Shown: positions 9,975 through 20,597, numbered from the stretch's first letter. The stretch is 64,000 nt of DNA from Longimicrobiales bacterium (GCA_965238005.1 OZ250165.1:192001-256000), one strand, 5' to 3'. Notes: a model not told the origin generated them from the sequence alone. A program made the numbers and translations.

Positions 9975-10982
9975 TCAGCGGTCGCGGCCGATGGCGTACG
10001 CCACGGCGCTCCGGAGCGCCTCGACGGCAAGATCTTTCGGGAGGTCGCGGAGCGCCTCGTCGGCGCGTTCGGCGTAGAAGTCCGCCTGGCCCCGGGCGTA
10101 TAGGAGTCCCCCCCTGTCACGGACGATGCCGATGACGCGCTGGATGTCCTCGTCGGAAGCCTCGACCAGGGTGAAGAAGTCCCGGATCTCTGCCATCTCG
10201 CCGCCCGATACGTTGGCCAGGGCCCCCACGAGGGGGAGCGTGACCTTGCGCTCCCTTAGGTCGTGTCCCGAGGGCTTGCCGGTCACCGCCTCGGAGCCGG
10301 TGTAGTCCAGCAGGTCATCGGCGATCTGGAATGCCATCCCGAGATTGTGCCCGAAGCGAGCGAGGGGTTGGCGATACTCACGGACCCCGTCCAGGGCACC
10401 CATCTCGCAGGTGGCCGACATGAGCGACGCCGTCTTCGCCGCGATGAGCCGGTAGTAGTCCTCCTCGGTGAACTCGAGGGCGTCGTAGGACGTCAACTGG
10501 CGCATCTCCCCGACGCTCATCTCGTTGGCCGCGACGGCGAGCACGGCCAACGCTTCGAGCTTGCCGAGGTGAGTGAGCTCCGTGATCGACCGGCTGTACA
10601 GATAGTCGCCCATGATGATGGCGATCTGATGGGTCCAGAGAGCGTTGACCGTGGGGAGGCCCCGGCGGAGGACGCTGTGATCGACGGCGTCGTCGTGAAC
10701 CAGCGTAGCCAGGTGCACCAGCTCTACCACAGCCCCCAACGTCACGGCATCGGGCGAGGGCCTTCCCCCAACCTGATTGGCCAACAGCAGGAGTGTGGGG
10801 CGGAACAGCTTCCCCCTCATCAGCAGGAGGTATTCGTTGACCTCCTCGATCATGTCGAAGTCCGAAACGATGATCCGCTTCAGCTCCTCCTGCACGGACT
10901 CGAGCCGATCCCCCACCAGGGACTGCATCGCAGACAGGCCTGGGGGGGGTTCTCTCAGCAGCGAGCTCCGAGCCGCCTCCAT
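9975..10982 (-). CDS. ispB: Polyprenyl diphosphate synthase (IspB-like)
   Basis: GKLFRP, LVHDDAVD..RRG, AFQIADDLLDY, GKPSGHDLRE; the ORF-track extension to 11195 comes from the MITE. Confidence 0.9.
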   Translation of the reverse strand: MEAARSSLLREPPPGLSAMQSLVGDRLESVQEELKRIIVSDFDMIEEVNEYLLLMRGKLFRPTLLLLANQVGGRPSPDAVTLGAVVELVHLATLVHDDAVDHSVLRRGLPTVNALWTHQIAIIMGDYLYSRSITELTHLGKLEALAVLAVAANEMSVGEMRQLTSYDALEFTEEDYYRLIAAKTASLMSATCEMGALDGVREYRQPLARFGHNLGMAFQIADDLLDYTGSEAVTGKPSGHDLRERKVTLPLVGALANVSGGEMAEIRDFFTLVEASDEDIQRVIGIVRDRGGLLYARGQADFYAERADEALRDLPKDLAVEALRSAVAYAIGRDR

Positions 10983-11034
10983 CAGCGCACGGCCAGGTTC
11001 GACATTGCCATCGATCAGGAATTCGCCGGGTTTA

Positions 11035-11344
11035 GAAGGCTGTGGGGGGAGTACAGCGGGTCGCGTTAGGAGCGCCGAGGGTCCAGCGCGTAGGCGGCGC
11101 GACGACGCGATGCTGGAGTATCGGGGAGGAGCGCCAACACCCGGGGCACCGCGCGGAGCGTGGTCGGGCCCTCGCCGCCCTAACCCGAAGGGCACAGGGG
11201 GGTTGTGGTCTCATAGGTCGTCTCTCCTCCTCGCCGTAGCCCTGCTACGACTCGTCGTCGTTCCTACTCTGAGCCTCACAAGACCGGGGCACCCGCGCCG
11301 AAGGCGTGGGTCGCGCGACCCGCTGTACTCCTTCCACAGCCTTC
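11035..11344. mobile_element. MITE-like palindromic repeat, copy 3 (complete)
   Basis: TIRs GAAGGCTGTGGGGGGAGTACAGCGGGTCGCG ... CGCGACCCGCTGTACTCCTTCCACAGCCTTC; abuts the TAG stop (11346-11348) of the upstream gene. Confidence 0.85.
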
Positions 11345-11345
11345 T

Positions 11346-13169
11346 CTAGTCCCGGAGAGCCCGCAAGCGCTCCGTAACGTCCGCGAAGTTGATGTCCAGA
11401 GTAAACACCCTGTCGTAAAACTCTAGGGCCTGGTCCTTGTTCCCAACAGCCTCGTAGGCCACGCCCAAGTAGTAGTAGATGCCCATGAGCTCGTCCTCGA
11501 CCTCGTACGGCGCGTCGAGGGCGCGGGGGAGAGATCGGAGGGCAGCCTCAGACTCACCCTTCTCGAGGAACGTCTGCCCGAGCAGCTCGTACGTGGGGAG
11601 GTGGTCTGCGGAGGCACGTAGCGCCTGTTGGTACTCGGCGATGGCCTCGTCCAGCAGGCCCATCTCCTTGAAGGCCGTGCCCAGGTCATAATGTGCCGTG
11701 GCGTCGTCGGCTCCGATGTTCTCGGACACCTTCTCCCGGAACTGCGAGAGCATGCGCTGGAAGTCCGCCGACTCGTCTCCGGTGGGCTCCTCGTAGGCCA
11801 CCACGAATCGGGTCGTCTTCTCTTCCTCGTCCCCGAGGAGCATAGAGCCCAGGTCGACGTAGGATTCCGCCGAGGAGACCTCCTGAGCCGCCTCGGCCGC
11901 CGTCTCTCCCTCGAGCTGGCCAAGCGCCGCCCTGGCCCGCTCGTCGGTGGGATCCGCCGACAGGGCCTGCTCGAACACGGCCTTGGCCCGCGTCTCCTGC
12001 CCGGCCCGTTGCAGACACTCGGCGAGACCCAGGTACGCCTCTGCGAGGGCCCCCGAGTCGTTGGAGCGGAACGCGTACTCCACCATGCGCTGGTGGTGGT
12101 TCTGGTCGTCGGGCTCCGCCTCCACGACGGCGGAGAGCGCCTCGATAGCCCCCAGGAAATCTCCGGTGGCAGCCAGAGCCTCGTGATCTGAGGTGGCTTC
12201 CTCCGCCTTGGCTTCGGCCAGCGACTCTTCCACCGCCGCCTCGACGGCCTCCTCCTCCTCGTCATCGTCGAAGGACAAGAGAGGCAGGTCCGTAACGGCC
12301 TCTTCTTCTTCTTCTTTTTCTTTTTCTTCCTCGTCCGCCGCTTCGACGTCGAGAGACAGGCCACCCGTGTCCACCTCTTCGGCCTCCTTCTCGTCACCCG
12401 AGATCTCCAAGCCACCGGCCTCGATCTCCCCGGGCACGCCCGGCTCCCCGGCGGTGGCTTCCTCGAAGCCAACGTCTCCAAGGCCGTCGTCGGCGCCGGA
12501 AGCGACGCCGGCCATGGGCGCGGCTTCGAGGGAAGCGGTGGGATCCATCGCCTGAATCTGAGCCTCGACCTGCGCGGCCTCCTCTACCATCCCCTTCCCC
12601 ATCATGATCTGATGGGCGCCGACCAGCTGCTGGACGGCCTCGCCCATCCGGTCGTGTTGCCCCAGCTGGGCCGCCAGGAGCTGTCGGATCTCGTAGTCGT
12701 CGGGCGCCAGGTCCACGAACTCGATGAGCGCCCGGAAGGCCTCGTCCATATCCCCGTACGACTGTACGCGCTCGGCGTAGGTGATGAAACTGGCGCGGGC
12801 GTCGGTGATGAAGCCCTGGGCCGCCCGGATCTGGCCGATCTTCAAGTGGATCGTATACCGATCCGGGAGATTGCGAATCACCTTCTTGCAGATGGCGATG
12901 GCGTTGTTGGGAAGCTCCGCCTCGACGTAGTAGTCGACGGCCCTCTCGTAGAAGCTCACCGCCTGAGCAGAAGCGCCGGTCCGGGTCGCGAGGTCGCCGG
13001 CACGGTTGAACAGGCCGATGTCCGGGACGTCCTCGTCGGACATCTGGTCGATGGCCTTGATATAGAGGTCCAACGCCTTCTGCCACTCTTCCTTCTGCTC
13101 GTGACCCCGGGCCTGCTCTTTTATCGCTTCTACGCTCATGTACTCGCACTCGTACTTGAGTCTTCCCAC
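11346..13169 (-). CDS. Tetratricopeptide-repeat protein
   Basis: N-terminal TPRs, acidic linker, C-terminal AHYDLGTAFKEMGLLDEAIAEYQQA...DINFADVTERL. Confidence 0.88.
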   Translation of the reverse strand: MGRLKYECEYMSVEAIKEQARGHEQKEEWQKALDLYIKAIDQMSDEDVPDIGLFNRAGDLATRTGASAQAVSFYERAVDYYVEAELPNNAIAICKKVIRNLPDRYTIHLKIGQIRAAQGFITDARASFITYAERVQSYGDMDEAFRALIEFVDLAPDDYEIRQLLAAQLGQHDRMGEAVQQLVGAHQIMMGKGMVEEAAQVEAQIQAMDPTASLEAAPMAGVASGADDGLGDVGFEEATAGEPGVPGEIEAGGLEISGDEKEAEEVDTGGLSLDVEAADEEEKEKEEEEEAVTDLPLLSFDDDEEEEAVEAAVEESLAEAKAEEATSDHEALAATGDFLGAIEALSAVVEAEPDDQNHHQRMVEYAFRSNDSGALAEAYLGLAECLQRAGQETRAKAVFEQALSADPTDERARAALGQLEGETAAEAAQEVSSAESYVDLGSMLLGDEEEKTTRFVVAYEEPTGDESADFQRMLSQFREKVSENIGADDATAHYDLGTAFKEMGLLDEAIAEYQQALRASADHLPTYELLGQTFLEKGESEAALRSLPRALDAPYEVEDELMGIYYYLGVAYEAVGNKDQALEFYDRVFTLDINFADVTERLRALRD

Positions 13170-13292
13170 CCCACTCGCAGGTTTACCTGCTCGAGAACGC
13201 GGCGGAACAGTGGACGCGAAGCATGAGGATGGAGAGCACTAATCTGCCTGCAACAGACGGAAGCACAAGGGGATAGCCGCGAGAGCCGACGC

Positions 13293-13326
13293 GACGCCCC
13301 CGATGACCGAAGCCATCGGGAGCGTC
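13293..13326 (-). terminator. Hairpin downstream of lipoprotein gene
   Basis: GACGCCCCCGATG...CATCGGGAGCGTC imperfect inverted repeat ~30 nt after the stop; no clear U tract. Confidence 0.45.
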
Positions 13327-13354
13327 CCGCGGATTCAGCGGACGACGGAGGCGG

Positions 13355-14479
13355 TCAGCGACCCACCAGCTGTGGGTTTCCGGCCTGGAGCTGGTAGGCC
13401 CAGTCGAAGATCATGATCTCCGCACCGGTCTGATCCGTTCCCAGCAGAGCAACGCGAATGGCGCCATAGTGTAGCTGACCATCGTCGCCCACCACACGCA
13501 GCATATACGTGAGCTCCGGCTCCAGGAACACGTCACCTCCCGTGTACCCCGAGGTCGGGGCGGTCGTCCAATCCTGGCACTGGGGGTCCGCGGCGACACC
13601 GCACTTGAGTGCGGTCGTGAAGGTTCCCTCTGGGAAGATGTCGGCCGAGGATCCGGGCACCAGCCACCAGCCGATGGCGTCGGTCTCCAGCCGGAAGTGC
13701 CTGGACGGCGACGATCCGCTAACGATCGGATCCAGCTCGTCGGACTCGGCGAACCGGAACCCGGAACGCGCCGGGTTGTCGGCGAACGAGAGGACCAGCT
13801 CTCCCCGGAAGTCGGGCCGGGGCGTCCCCGGGCTCTCGAAGCTGTCCAGGCTCTCGTGGCCGTAGACGTCCACCGACGACACCACGTACGTGGAGGTCAC
13901 TCCGTTCTCGGCCAGCTCGTCCAGAAAGCCCTCCGAGTCGGTCTCCCCGAGGAGCGTCGCACCGCCGTCAGTCAGCAGATACACCCGGTAGTGCGAGAAA
14001 TCGCTGGCGGAGCGGGCGTTGTCACTCCAGCGGATGTAGTTGGTGTCGTCCAGTGCCACCACGTCCATGCCCGAAGGCACCGGCGGCGGAATGAAAGACG
14101 GCACCGAAACCACGATCACGGCGTCCGAGTCGGTCTCCGCACCTGTATCGGGGTCCACCGACGACACGAAGTACTCGTAGCTGACGGACTCGACGATGTT
14201 CGTGTCCGTGTACTCGCACGCCCCGTCGGCACAGCTCGTCACTTCCGCGATCACCAGAAAGGAGGCGTCGCCCACGCGCCGACCGGAGACCCGGAAGGAC
14301 TCTCCGTTCCACTGGGCCCCCAGGAACCAGTGAAGCGTGATCGCCTGGTTGAAATACTCGCCTTCGAGCCCCTCAGGCGGGGCGGGAAATTCGTCTACGG
14401 GAATGAAGACGGTGTTGTCGTTATCGCAGGCACCCAGCAGCAGAGCCATCCCAACCACCGCAAAGAACCGTTTCCACAT
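13355..14479 (-). CDS. Lipoprotein with fibronectin type III-like repeats
   Basis: Lipobox LLLGA-C; two FN3-like units (YTDTNIVESVSYEYFVSSVD; FLDELAENGVTSTYVVSSVD). Confidence 0.75.
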   Translation of the reverse strand: MWKRFFAVVGMALLLGACDNDNTVFIPVDEFPAPPEGLEGEYFNQAITLHWFLGAQWNGESFRVSGRRVGDASFLVIAEVTSCADGACEYTDTNIVESVSYEYFVSSVDPDTGAETDSDAVIVVSVPSFIPPPVPSGMDVVALDDTNYIRWSDNARSASDFSHYRVYLLTDGGATLLGETDSEGFLDELAENGVTSTYVVSSVDVYGHESLDSFESPGTPRPDFRGELVLSFADNPARSGFRFAESDELDPIVSGSSPSRHFRLETDAIGWWLVPGSSADIFPEGTFTTALKCGVAADPQCQDWTTAPTSGYTGGDVFLEPELTYMLRVVGDDGQLHYGAIRVALLGTDQTGAEIMIFDWAYQLQAGNPQLVGR

Positions 14480-14549
14480 GATTCATCTACCTCACGCTGG
14501 GTTCAGCGCCGGGGTCTCTCGGATCCCGGCGATCCTCGCCCAACACGTA

Positions 14550-14567
14550 TTGCACAACCGGTACCAA
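14550..14567 (-). promoter_or_regulatory. Putative sigma-54 (-24/-12) promoter
   Basis: Minus strand TTGGTACCGGTTGTGCAA = GG-N10-GC, ~70 nt upstream of the lipoprotein ATG. Confidence 0.5.
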
Positions 14568-14703
14568 AACTGAAGACCGCATAGAGCAAAGGGTTTCGGC
14601 GATGATCGCAGCCAGATCGTCCTCTGGAGAGGACAGGGACCGGACCGCCGCAAGACATGGGGGCACGGCCGTGGAGGGTGCCGTACCTAGTGTGGACACC
14701 ACA

Positions 14704-17700
14704 CTAGAACCGGTCCTGGATGTCCGTGTTGCGCTGCCTGTAGTCGAACTTCAGGTCGCGGTTGTCGGTGAGGGACACCTGGAAGCGGAAGGACCAGTTC
14801 CCGGTGGCCGTCTGCAGGAAGTCGAAGTTGGCGTTCCACCGGTGGAGGTCCCTGGTGAGCCGGATACGGTGGTCCGTGAAGCTCCGGACGTCGATGTCGT
14901 AGGACGTGCCCCAGGTCAGGCTCCACTTCTCGGTGGGACGGAGGCGGAGCCCTATCTGCACGAGCTGGCTGGCGGGCAGGCTCTCGTCCCGGTTCCTGCG
15001 TATGGAGTAGTTGAAGTTGGCCGACCATGTGCCCGCGGCCCCACGACGGCGGACACGCCTCTGAGCGGCAGGGTCGGCAGAGCCCGAGCCCGGGACCACG
15101 ACGGATTCGTCGGTCACCCCTATGTCGCCCAAGCCGCCCAGGAGGGGATCCAGATCGTCGGGATCCTCGCCCAGGACGGGAACCGTGTCCCCCGGGGCCG
15201 TTGCCTGCTCCGCCGCCCGGGCGGCGGCAGCCTCTTCCTCGTCTCCGCCACCCAGGAGGCGCCCCAGGGCCCGGAGCACCCCCGAGTTATTGCTAATGCC
15301 GAAAGAGAAGTTGAGCTGCGACAGGAGGGGCGACAGGCTACGCTTCCCTTCCTCACTCCGATCGAAGAGGTCGTGCTCCACCGACACCGCCATCCCACGG
15401 AGGAAGTCGGAGCTGATCTGGTTCTGGAGCCGCGTCGTGGTGAACCCCTCGAGGAAGTCGTCCTCGTCGCTGGCCCGGACGAAGTCGTAGGTGACCACGC
15501 TCGTACGGATGGCCAGAAGGTTCACGATCCTGGAGGCCGGAAGCCTTTGGGGACCGCCCTCCGCGTCCCGCTCCTGCCGGCGGAGGGCGAGCGCCTCGGC
15601 CTCCGCGGCCAGCGAGTCGGCCCTGGCCTCCTGAAGGGAGTCGGAGGCGAACGGATCGTCGAAGAGGTCGATGGCGTCCGGGTCGTCCTCGGCCTCTCCC
15701 TCGGCCTCTTCCTCGGTCCGGTCCTCGGGCCGCTTGGCCTCGAGCGTCTGGTTGAGCGCGAAGCTGACAACGTTCCTGGCCTTGGCTTCCCGCGCTCCGA
15801 ACACCGTCTCCTGGATGGCCGAGGGCACGATCTCCGGCGCGTACGCGTAGGTGAACGACGGCGAGATCTTGTGACGGATCGCCTCGAAGCCGGCAAAGCC
15901 ACCGTAGAAGCCGTAGATGTCGCTCTTGAGCCGGGCGCCGAAGGAGATCCGCATGGGCCCGGACACGAAGCTCGAGGCCTCGGGGATGTCGTCGGAGCGC
16001 TTCGAGGCGCCGGAGACGCGCAGATCCGGTGTCAGCGTGGTGGTTCCGATCAGCCGCTGCTGATAGTTGAACGCCATGCTCCACGTGATGTCGGCTTTGC
16101 TCTTGTCCAGAAAGCCGGTGGGCAGGGGACCCAGGGTATCCCCCGGGAAGGCCACCAGGGCCGGCACGTCCAGCACGCTCGAGCCCGTGAAGTTCAGGTT
16201 CTGGTTCCACGAGAAGGCACCGAGGTTGAACGAGCTGCTTACGCTCCCCCTGGTGTTGCTCGCATCGGCCAGGTTTTCGAAGAAGGCCGAGTCAGCCTGC
16301 GTTGCCCGATCGATGGTGCTCCGGCTGTACCGGGCACTCCCCGACCACGTCATGTTGTTGAAGAACTTGGCCCTGCTGTCGGGCACCTTGAAGAGTGTGA
16401 TGGTCTTGAGGGATAGGTTGGCCGTGGGCAGCGTCATCTCCACCCGATCGTCGCTCAGGAACTGTCGGCGGTTGGCGCTCAGGGACAGCGTACCCCAGTC
16501 GAAGCGCCGGTTCAGGCCTCCGTCGGAGTTGATGGACTGGGTGATCTCCCGTGGATCGAAGGAGTTCTCCCTCACGAATTGCGAGCTGGAGGCGTAGCGG
16601 GCGGAAACGCGGATGGAGGTCCGCTCGTCCATCTGCCAGTTGTGCCCGGTGTCGAAGGAGAGCTCCCTCCCGCCGTCCACCCTCCAGAAGCGCCGCACAT
16701 TGGCCCGGCCGTCCAGAAACTTCCGGGTCACCCGGTAGCGGAACCCTCCGGTCAACGCCGTGAAGTTGTCGCTCCACCAGTCCATCGCCATGGTGGCGTC
16801 GGCGTAGTCGTTGATGGCCCAGAAGAACCCGACGTTGGACAACCTCCGGGTGTGGCCCCGGGAGGTGCGCACGATGTCGTTCACGCCGAAGCGTGGAGGC
16901 AGGATGCCGCTGTGCCTGCCCGTCTCCGTGCTTTGGAAGATGAAGGGGAGCCAGAACACGGGCACGTCGCCGAAGTTGAGCGTGACGTTGCGGGCGACGA
17001 GCCAGCTCCCGCCGATGGCCTTGAGCTCGCGGGCCGCGAAATGGTAGTGGGGCTCTTCCTCTTCGCACGACGTGAAGTTGATGTGGTGGCCGAACACCGT
17101 GTCCGGGAGGATGGCCGGAAGATCCCCGTCCATGATCCACGTAGCACCCGCCGTCAGCTTGGTCTGAGCGTCGAAGGCGGATCCCCTGCCCTGCCTCAGG
17201 TCATAGATGATGTTCGCGCTCCGCACCGGCTGCTCGCCGGGCCGTTCGGTGACGGTCTCACCAGCGGTCCAAACAAGGGAATCGGCCAGCGTGATGGTGT
17301 CCGTCGCCGTGATGGACTGCCGCTGCTGCGTGAGCTGCGCCGGCGATCCCTCGGCGCCGATGAGGGTCAGGCGCTCCTCCACGGCGTCGAAGCGCGCCGC
17401 CGCCGCCTCGTACCGGGCCACGGCGTAGCCTGGAAGCTCCAGGAGCGCTGCCATGAAGCTGTCTGCCGTCGCAACGGGGGGCGTCTGGGGAGGCCGACGA
17501 CCACTCAGGGAGTCCCGAAACAGGGTCGAGTCCACGCCAGGGGGCTTCGAGAGCAGCTGGAGCCGCTCCAGAATCCGGATCCGGGCCGAATCGACCTCCT
17601 CTTCCACCGCCTGAGCCGAGAGCGGGGCGGCCGCAGCCAATCCGGCACCGAGAACGCCAAGGGTAAAGAGCCAACGGGCGAGGCGACCGGCGGGTCGTGC

Positions 17701-17712
17701 CTCGAGCATCAT
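14704..17712 (-). CDS. lptD: Putative LPS-assembly outer-membrane protein (LptD-like)
   Basis: Signal peptide, FTSCEEEEPHYHFAA, DVPVFWLPF, RHSGILPPRFG, beta-barrel C-terminus; start overlaps the tatC stop. Confidence 0.8.
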   Translation of the reverse strand: MMLEARPAGRLARWLFTLGVLGAGLAAAAPLSAQAVEEEVDSARIRILERLQLLSKPPGVDSTLFRDSLSGRRPPQTPPVATADSFMAALLELPGYAVARYEAAAARFDAVEERLTLIGAEGSPAQLTQQRQSITATDTITLADSLVWTAGETVTERPGEQPVRSANIIYDLRQGRGSAFDAQTKLTAGATWIMDGDLPAILPDTVFGHHINFTSCEEEEPHYHFAARELKAIGGSWLVARNVTLNFGDVPVFWLPFIFQSTETGRHSGILPPRFGVNDIVRTSRGHTRRLSNVGFFWAINDYADATMAMDWWSDNFTALTGGFRYRVTRKFLDGRANVRRFWRVDGGRELSFDTGHNWQMDERTSIRVSARYASSSQFVRENSFDPREITQSINSDGGLNRRFDWGTLSLSANRRQFLSDDRVEMTLPTANLSLKTITLFKVPDSRAKFFNNMTWSGSARYSRSTIDRATQADSAFFENLADASNTRGSVSSSFNLGAFSWNQNLNFTGSSVLDVPALVAFPGDTLGPLPTGFLDKSKADITWSMAFNYQQRLIGTTTLTPDLRVSGASKRSDDIPEASSFVSGPMRISFGARLKSDIYGFYGGFAGFEAIRHKISPSFTYAYAPEIVPSAIQETVFGAREAKARNVVSFALNQTLEAKRPEDRTEEEAEGEAEDDPDAIDLFDDPFASDSLQEARADSLAAEAEALALRRQERDAEGGPQRLPASRIVNLLAIRTSVVTYDFVRASDEDDFLEGFTTTRLQNQISSDFLRGMAVSVEHDLFDRSEEGKRSLSPLLSQLNFSFGISNNSGVLRALGRLLGGGDEEEAAAARAAEQATAPGDTVPVLGEDPDDLDPLLGGLGDIGVTDESVVVPGSGSADPAAQRRVRRRGAAGTWSANFNYSIRRNRDESLPASQLVQIGLRLRPTEKWSLTWGTSYDIDVRSFTDHRIRLTRDLHRWNANFDFLQTATGNWSFRFQVSLTDNRDLKFDYRQRNTDIQDRF

Positions 17713-18506
17713 CCAGCCTCGACCGCGCCCTCCGGCGGCTGGCCGCCGATCTCCCGCTCTTCCCGGCGGCGGTAGATCAGGACCGAGAGGAGGATGCTGA
17801 ACTCGTAGAGGAGCACGAGGGGCGCCATCATCATGATGGTCACCGTGACCACGTCGCCGGGGCTGAGGAAGCTGGCCAGGACCGTGATCATGACGATGGC
17901 GTGACGCCTCTTCTTCCGGAGGAAGGCGGGCGTTACCAGACCCAGAGCCGAGAGGATCATGATCACCACCGGCAGCTCGAAGAGCACTCCAAAGGCCACC
18001 AGGAGCTTCGTCACGAAGCCCAGGTAGGGGCCGGCCTGGAGGATGGGGTCCCAGTACTCCTCGCCGAAGAAGAGGAGGAAGCGGAGCGTGACCGGCAGAG
18101 CGATCAAGTACGACATGGCCACGCCGGCCGCGAAGAGCACCAGACCCATGTAGAGGCTGGGAATGATGGCCTTCTTCTCGTGACGCTCCAACGCCGGAGA
18201 CAGGAAGGCCCAGATATGGTAGATGATGATGGGAGATACCAGGATCACCCCGACCAGAACGCCGATCTTCAGGATCAGGAAGAAGGGCTCGGTGGGCGAG
18301 AAGAACTTGAGCTTCTCCCCTTCGCCCATCACCTGCTCGAGGGGCGCCAGCAGGATCTCCAGGACGCCGAACTGCAGCACGAGCACGAAGCCCGCCACGC
18401 TCCCCAGCACGATGGCCACAAGGCTCCACAAGATCCGCCACCGGAGTTCTTCCAGGTGGTCGAGGAAGGGCATTTCGCCCCGTGAAGTTCGGATTCGCTT
18501 CAACAT
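17709..18506 (-). CDS. tatC: Twin-arginine translocase TatC
   Basis: EMPFLDHLEELRWRI, FLSPALERHEK, FGVLFELPV. Confidence 0.97.
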   Translation of the reverse strand: MLKRIRTSRGEMPFLDHLEELRWRILWSLVAIVLGSVAGFVLVLQFGVLEILLAPLEQVMGEGEKLKFFSPTEPFFLILKIGVLVGVILVSPIIIYHIWAFLSPALERHEKKAIIPSLYMGLVLFAAGVAMSYLIALPVTLRFLLFFGEEYWDPILQAGPYLGFVTKLLVAFGVLFELPVVIMILSALGLVTPAFLRKKRRHAIVMITVLASFLSPGDVVTVTIMMMAPLVLLYEFSILLSVLIYRRREEREIGGQPPEGAVEAG

Positions 18507-18546
18507 TTCGTGTGCTTGCCTGCCGAAAAGGCGGACCCCGGACGGG

Positions 18547-19044
18547 TCAGAGCGGGAGCTCTTCCTGGTTCCGCGACCGGACCCTCCGCTCCTCCTGCGT
18601 GTTCAGGTCCTGGACCACCTCTTGGAACTCGCCGATGTCCTGGAAGTTCCGGTAAACCGAGGCGAATCGGATGTAGGCGACCCGATCGAGGGGAGCGAGG
18701 CGCTCCATGGCCATTTCACCGATGCGCGAGGCGGGAACCTCCGATCGCAGCTGCCCGGTCAGATCATCCTCGATGGCATCGACCAGCGCGTCGATGTCAT
18801 CCTGGGTCACCGGGCGTTTGGCGCAGGCGATCGTGATGCTCCGCAACAGCTTGGTCCGGTCGAACTCCTCGGTCCGGCCGTCGTGCTTCACAACGTGCAG
18901 GGGCCGTGCCTCGACGTGCTCGTAGGTGGTGAAGCGGGCACCGCACACCGCGCACTCGCGCCGGCGTCTCACGGCGCGTCCTCCCCGGCTCTCGCGGGTG
19001 TCCACGACCCGGTTCTCGGTCGCGTCGCACTCAGGGCAGCGCAT
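18547..19044 (-). CDS. nrdR: Transcriptional repressor NrdR
   Basis: MRCPEC...RRRRECAVCGARFTTYE, ATP cone, AYIRFASVY. Confidence 0.98.
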   Translation of the reverse strand: MRCPECDATENRVVDTRESRGGRAVRRRRECAVCGARFTTYEHVEARPLHVVKHDGRTEEFDRTKLLRSITIACAKRPVTQDDIDALVDAIEDDLTGQLRSEVPASRIGEMAMERLAPLDRVAYIRFASVYRNFQDIGEFQEVVQDLNTQEERRVRSRNQEELPL

Positions 19045-19062
19045 GAGCGGCCGGGCCGGGGC

Positions 19063-19893
19063 TCAGCGGATCTCCTGCAGCAGCTCCCGGGCCAGGTCCG
19101 CCGCGCCGCTGTCAGGGTAGGTGTTGACCACCGTCTCCAGGTAACGGACCGCCTCTTCCGTGTTGTCCTGGAGGGCGTAGATGGCTCCGGTCCGATAGAG
19201 CGCCTGAGGGACGCGGTCGTCGGTGGGGTACAGCTCGGGAATGCGGAGGAACACCTCGACGGCCTCGTCCAGGCGGTTCTCCTGCTCGAAGATATCGCCG
19301 AGGAAGAACTGGGCCGAGGGCGCGAGACGGTGGTCCGGATAGTCGGCAAGGAAGCCCTCGAAGGCCCGTCGCGCCGTGGTTAAGGAGCCCCGGCTGAGTT
19401 GGGCCATGGCCGCCTGGTAGGTGTCGTCGGCGGCCGCCGGATCGGCTCCCTCCACCTCTGGCGTGAGGACGCCCACGGAATCCGGATCACGCGGTCGGAG
19501 GGAAGGAATCACCCGGGCCGACTGGACGTCGATCCGATTTGACAGCAGGGTGACCTCGCGTTGGATCTCACCCGTCAGCGCCGTGAGGCGTGACAGCTGG
19601 TCCTGTATGTCCCGGAGCTCCCTGGCGATACCGCCCCGGGTGTCCACCACCATGCCGGACTGGATCTCGAGCGTGTCCTGGATGGCCTGGATCTCGGCGG
19701 CCAGGTCCCCGAGCTGTTGCTCCTGCTGGGCCGCCTGCCCCTCCACCGCGTCCCGAAGGCTCCGGATGTCGCCTTTGGTGGCGCACGCCGGCACCAGGGC
19801 GAGGAGAACCAGCGAGAAAAGCACCCCTCCCCCACGGCCTCCTCGACCGCGATAGGGCGCGGCGAAGGGGCCGGAGGGAGGGGTGAAGCTCAT
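19063..19893 (-). CDS. cpoB: Tol-Pal-associated TPR protein CpoB/YbgF
   Basis: Lipobox, coiled coil, TPR (YPDHRLAPSAQFFLG...YPDSGAA); follows pal. Confidence 0.88.
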   Translation of the reverse strand: MSFTPPSGPFAAPYRGRGGRGGGVLFSLVLLALVPACATKGDIRSLRDAVEGQAAQQEQQLGDLAAEIQAIQDTLEIQSGMVVDTRGGIARELRDIQDQLSRLTALTGEIQREVTLLSNRIDVQSARVIPSLRPRDPDSVGVLTPEVEGADPAAADDTYQAAMAQLSRGSLTTARRAFEGFLADYPDHRLAPSAQFFLGDIFEQENRLDEAVEVFLRIPELYPTDDRVPQALYRTGAIYALQDNTEEAVRYLETVVNTYPDSGAADLARELLQEIR

Positions 19894-19979
19894 CTAGTGC
19901 CCTGAGTCAGAAGTGCGGCGCAGAACCGAGGGGACCGCAGCGCCGCTCTGGCAAAGGACACTAACCTCCGAGCGGAGCG

Positions 19980-20597
19980 TTATGGCCGATCCCGGTCGTC
20001 CTCGCTGACCACGATGGTGCCGCCCGTGATCACGAACTCGACCCGGCGGTTCTGAGCCCACGCCGCTTCGTCACTACGGTTGACCAGCGGACGGTCCTCA
20101 CCGAAGGACGTACTCGTGAAGCGGTCCCCGGAGATGCCGAAGCCCGTGAGGAAGTCACGCACGCTCTCGGCGCGGCGGCTGCCCAGGGCCAGATTGTACT
20201 CCGTGGAACCCCTCTCGTCGGCGTGGCCCTCCATGCGGAGCCGGACGGTCGAGCTGTTCCGGAGGATCGGAATCTTCCGACGAAGGGCCTGCTCCGCTTC
20301 GTCGGTGATGGCGGACTCGTCGTACTCGAAGTTCACCGTCTCTTCGAGGCTTGACCGGGCGTCCCGCCGCGCACGATCCTGCCGTGCGCGCTCGCGGTCC
20401 GCGGCTTCCTGCTCCGCCCTGCGACGGGCAGCATCGGCGGCCTCGGCAGCGGCGATGGAGTCGGCGCGACGCTGCGCGAGTTCAGCGGCAGTCGGCCCCG
20501 TGGGAGCCGGCGGCGGTGCTGGATCACTGGAGCAGGCGCCGAGTACGAGTGCCGCGGCCAGACCCGGCACGAGTAGATCTTTGATCCTCATCCCCAA
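19980..20597 (-). CDS. pal: Peptidoglycan-associated lipoprotein Pal
   Basis: LGAC lipobox, EGHADERGSTEYNLALGSRRA, AQNRRVEF. Confidence 0.95.
   Translation of the reverse strand: MGMRIKDLLVPGLAAALVLGACSSDPAPPPAPTGPTAAELAQRRADSIAAAEAADAARRRAEQEAADRERARQDRARRDARSSLEETVNFEYDESAITDEAEQALRRKIPILRNSSTVRLRMEGHADERGSTEYNLALGSRRAESVRDFLTGFGISGDRFTSTSFGEDRPLVNRSDEAAWAQNRRVEFVITGGTIVVSEDDRDRP

Noticed and set aside
17713..18441. ORF-track 1245-aa version of the LptD-like gene
   Set aside because: The extension overlaps tatC in another frame and reads as low-complexity Arg/Gly/Pro; the signal peptide begins at 17712.
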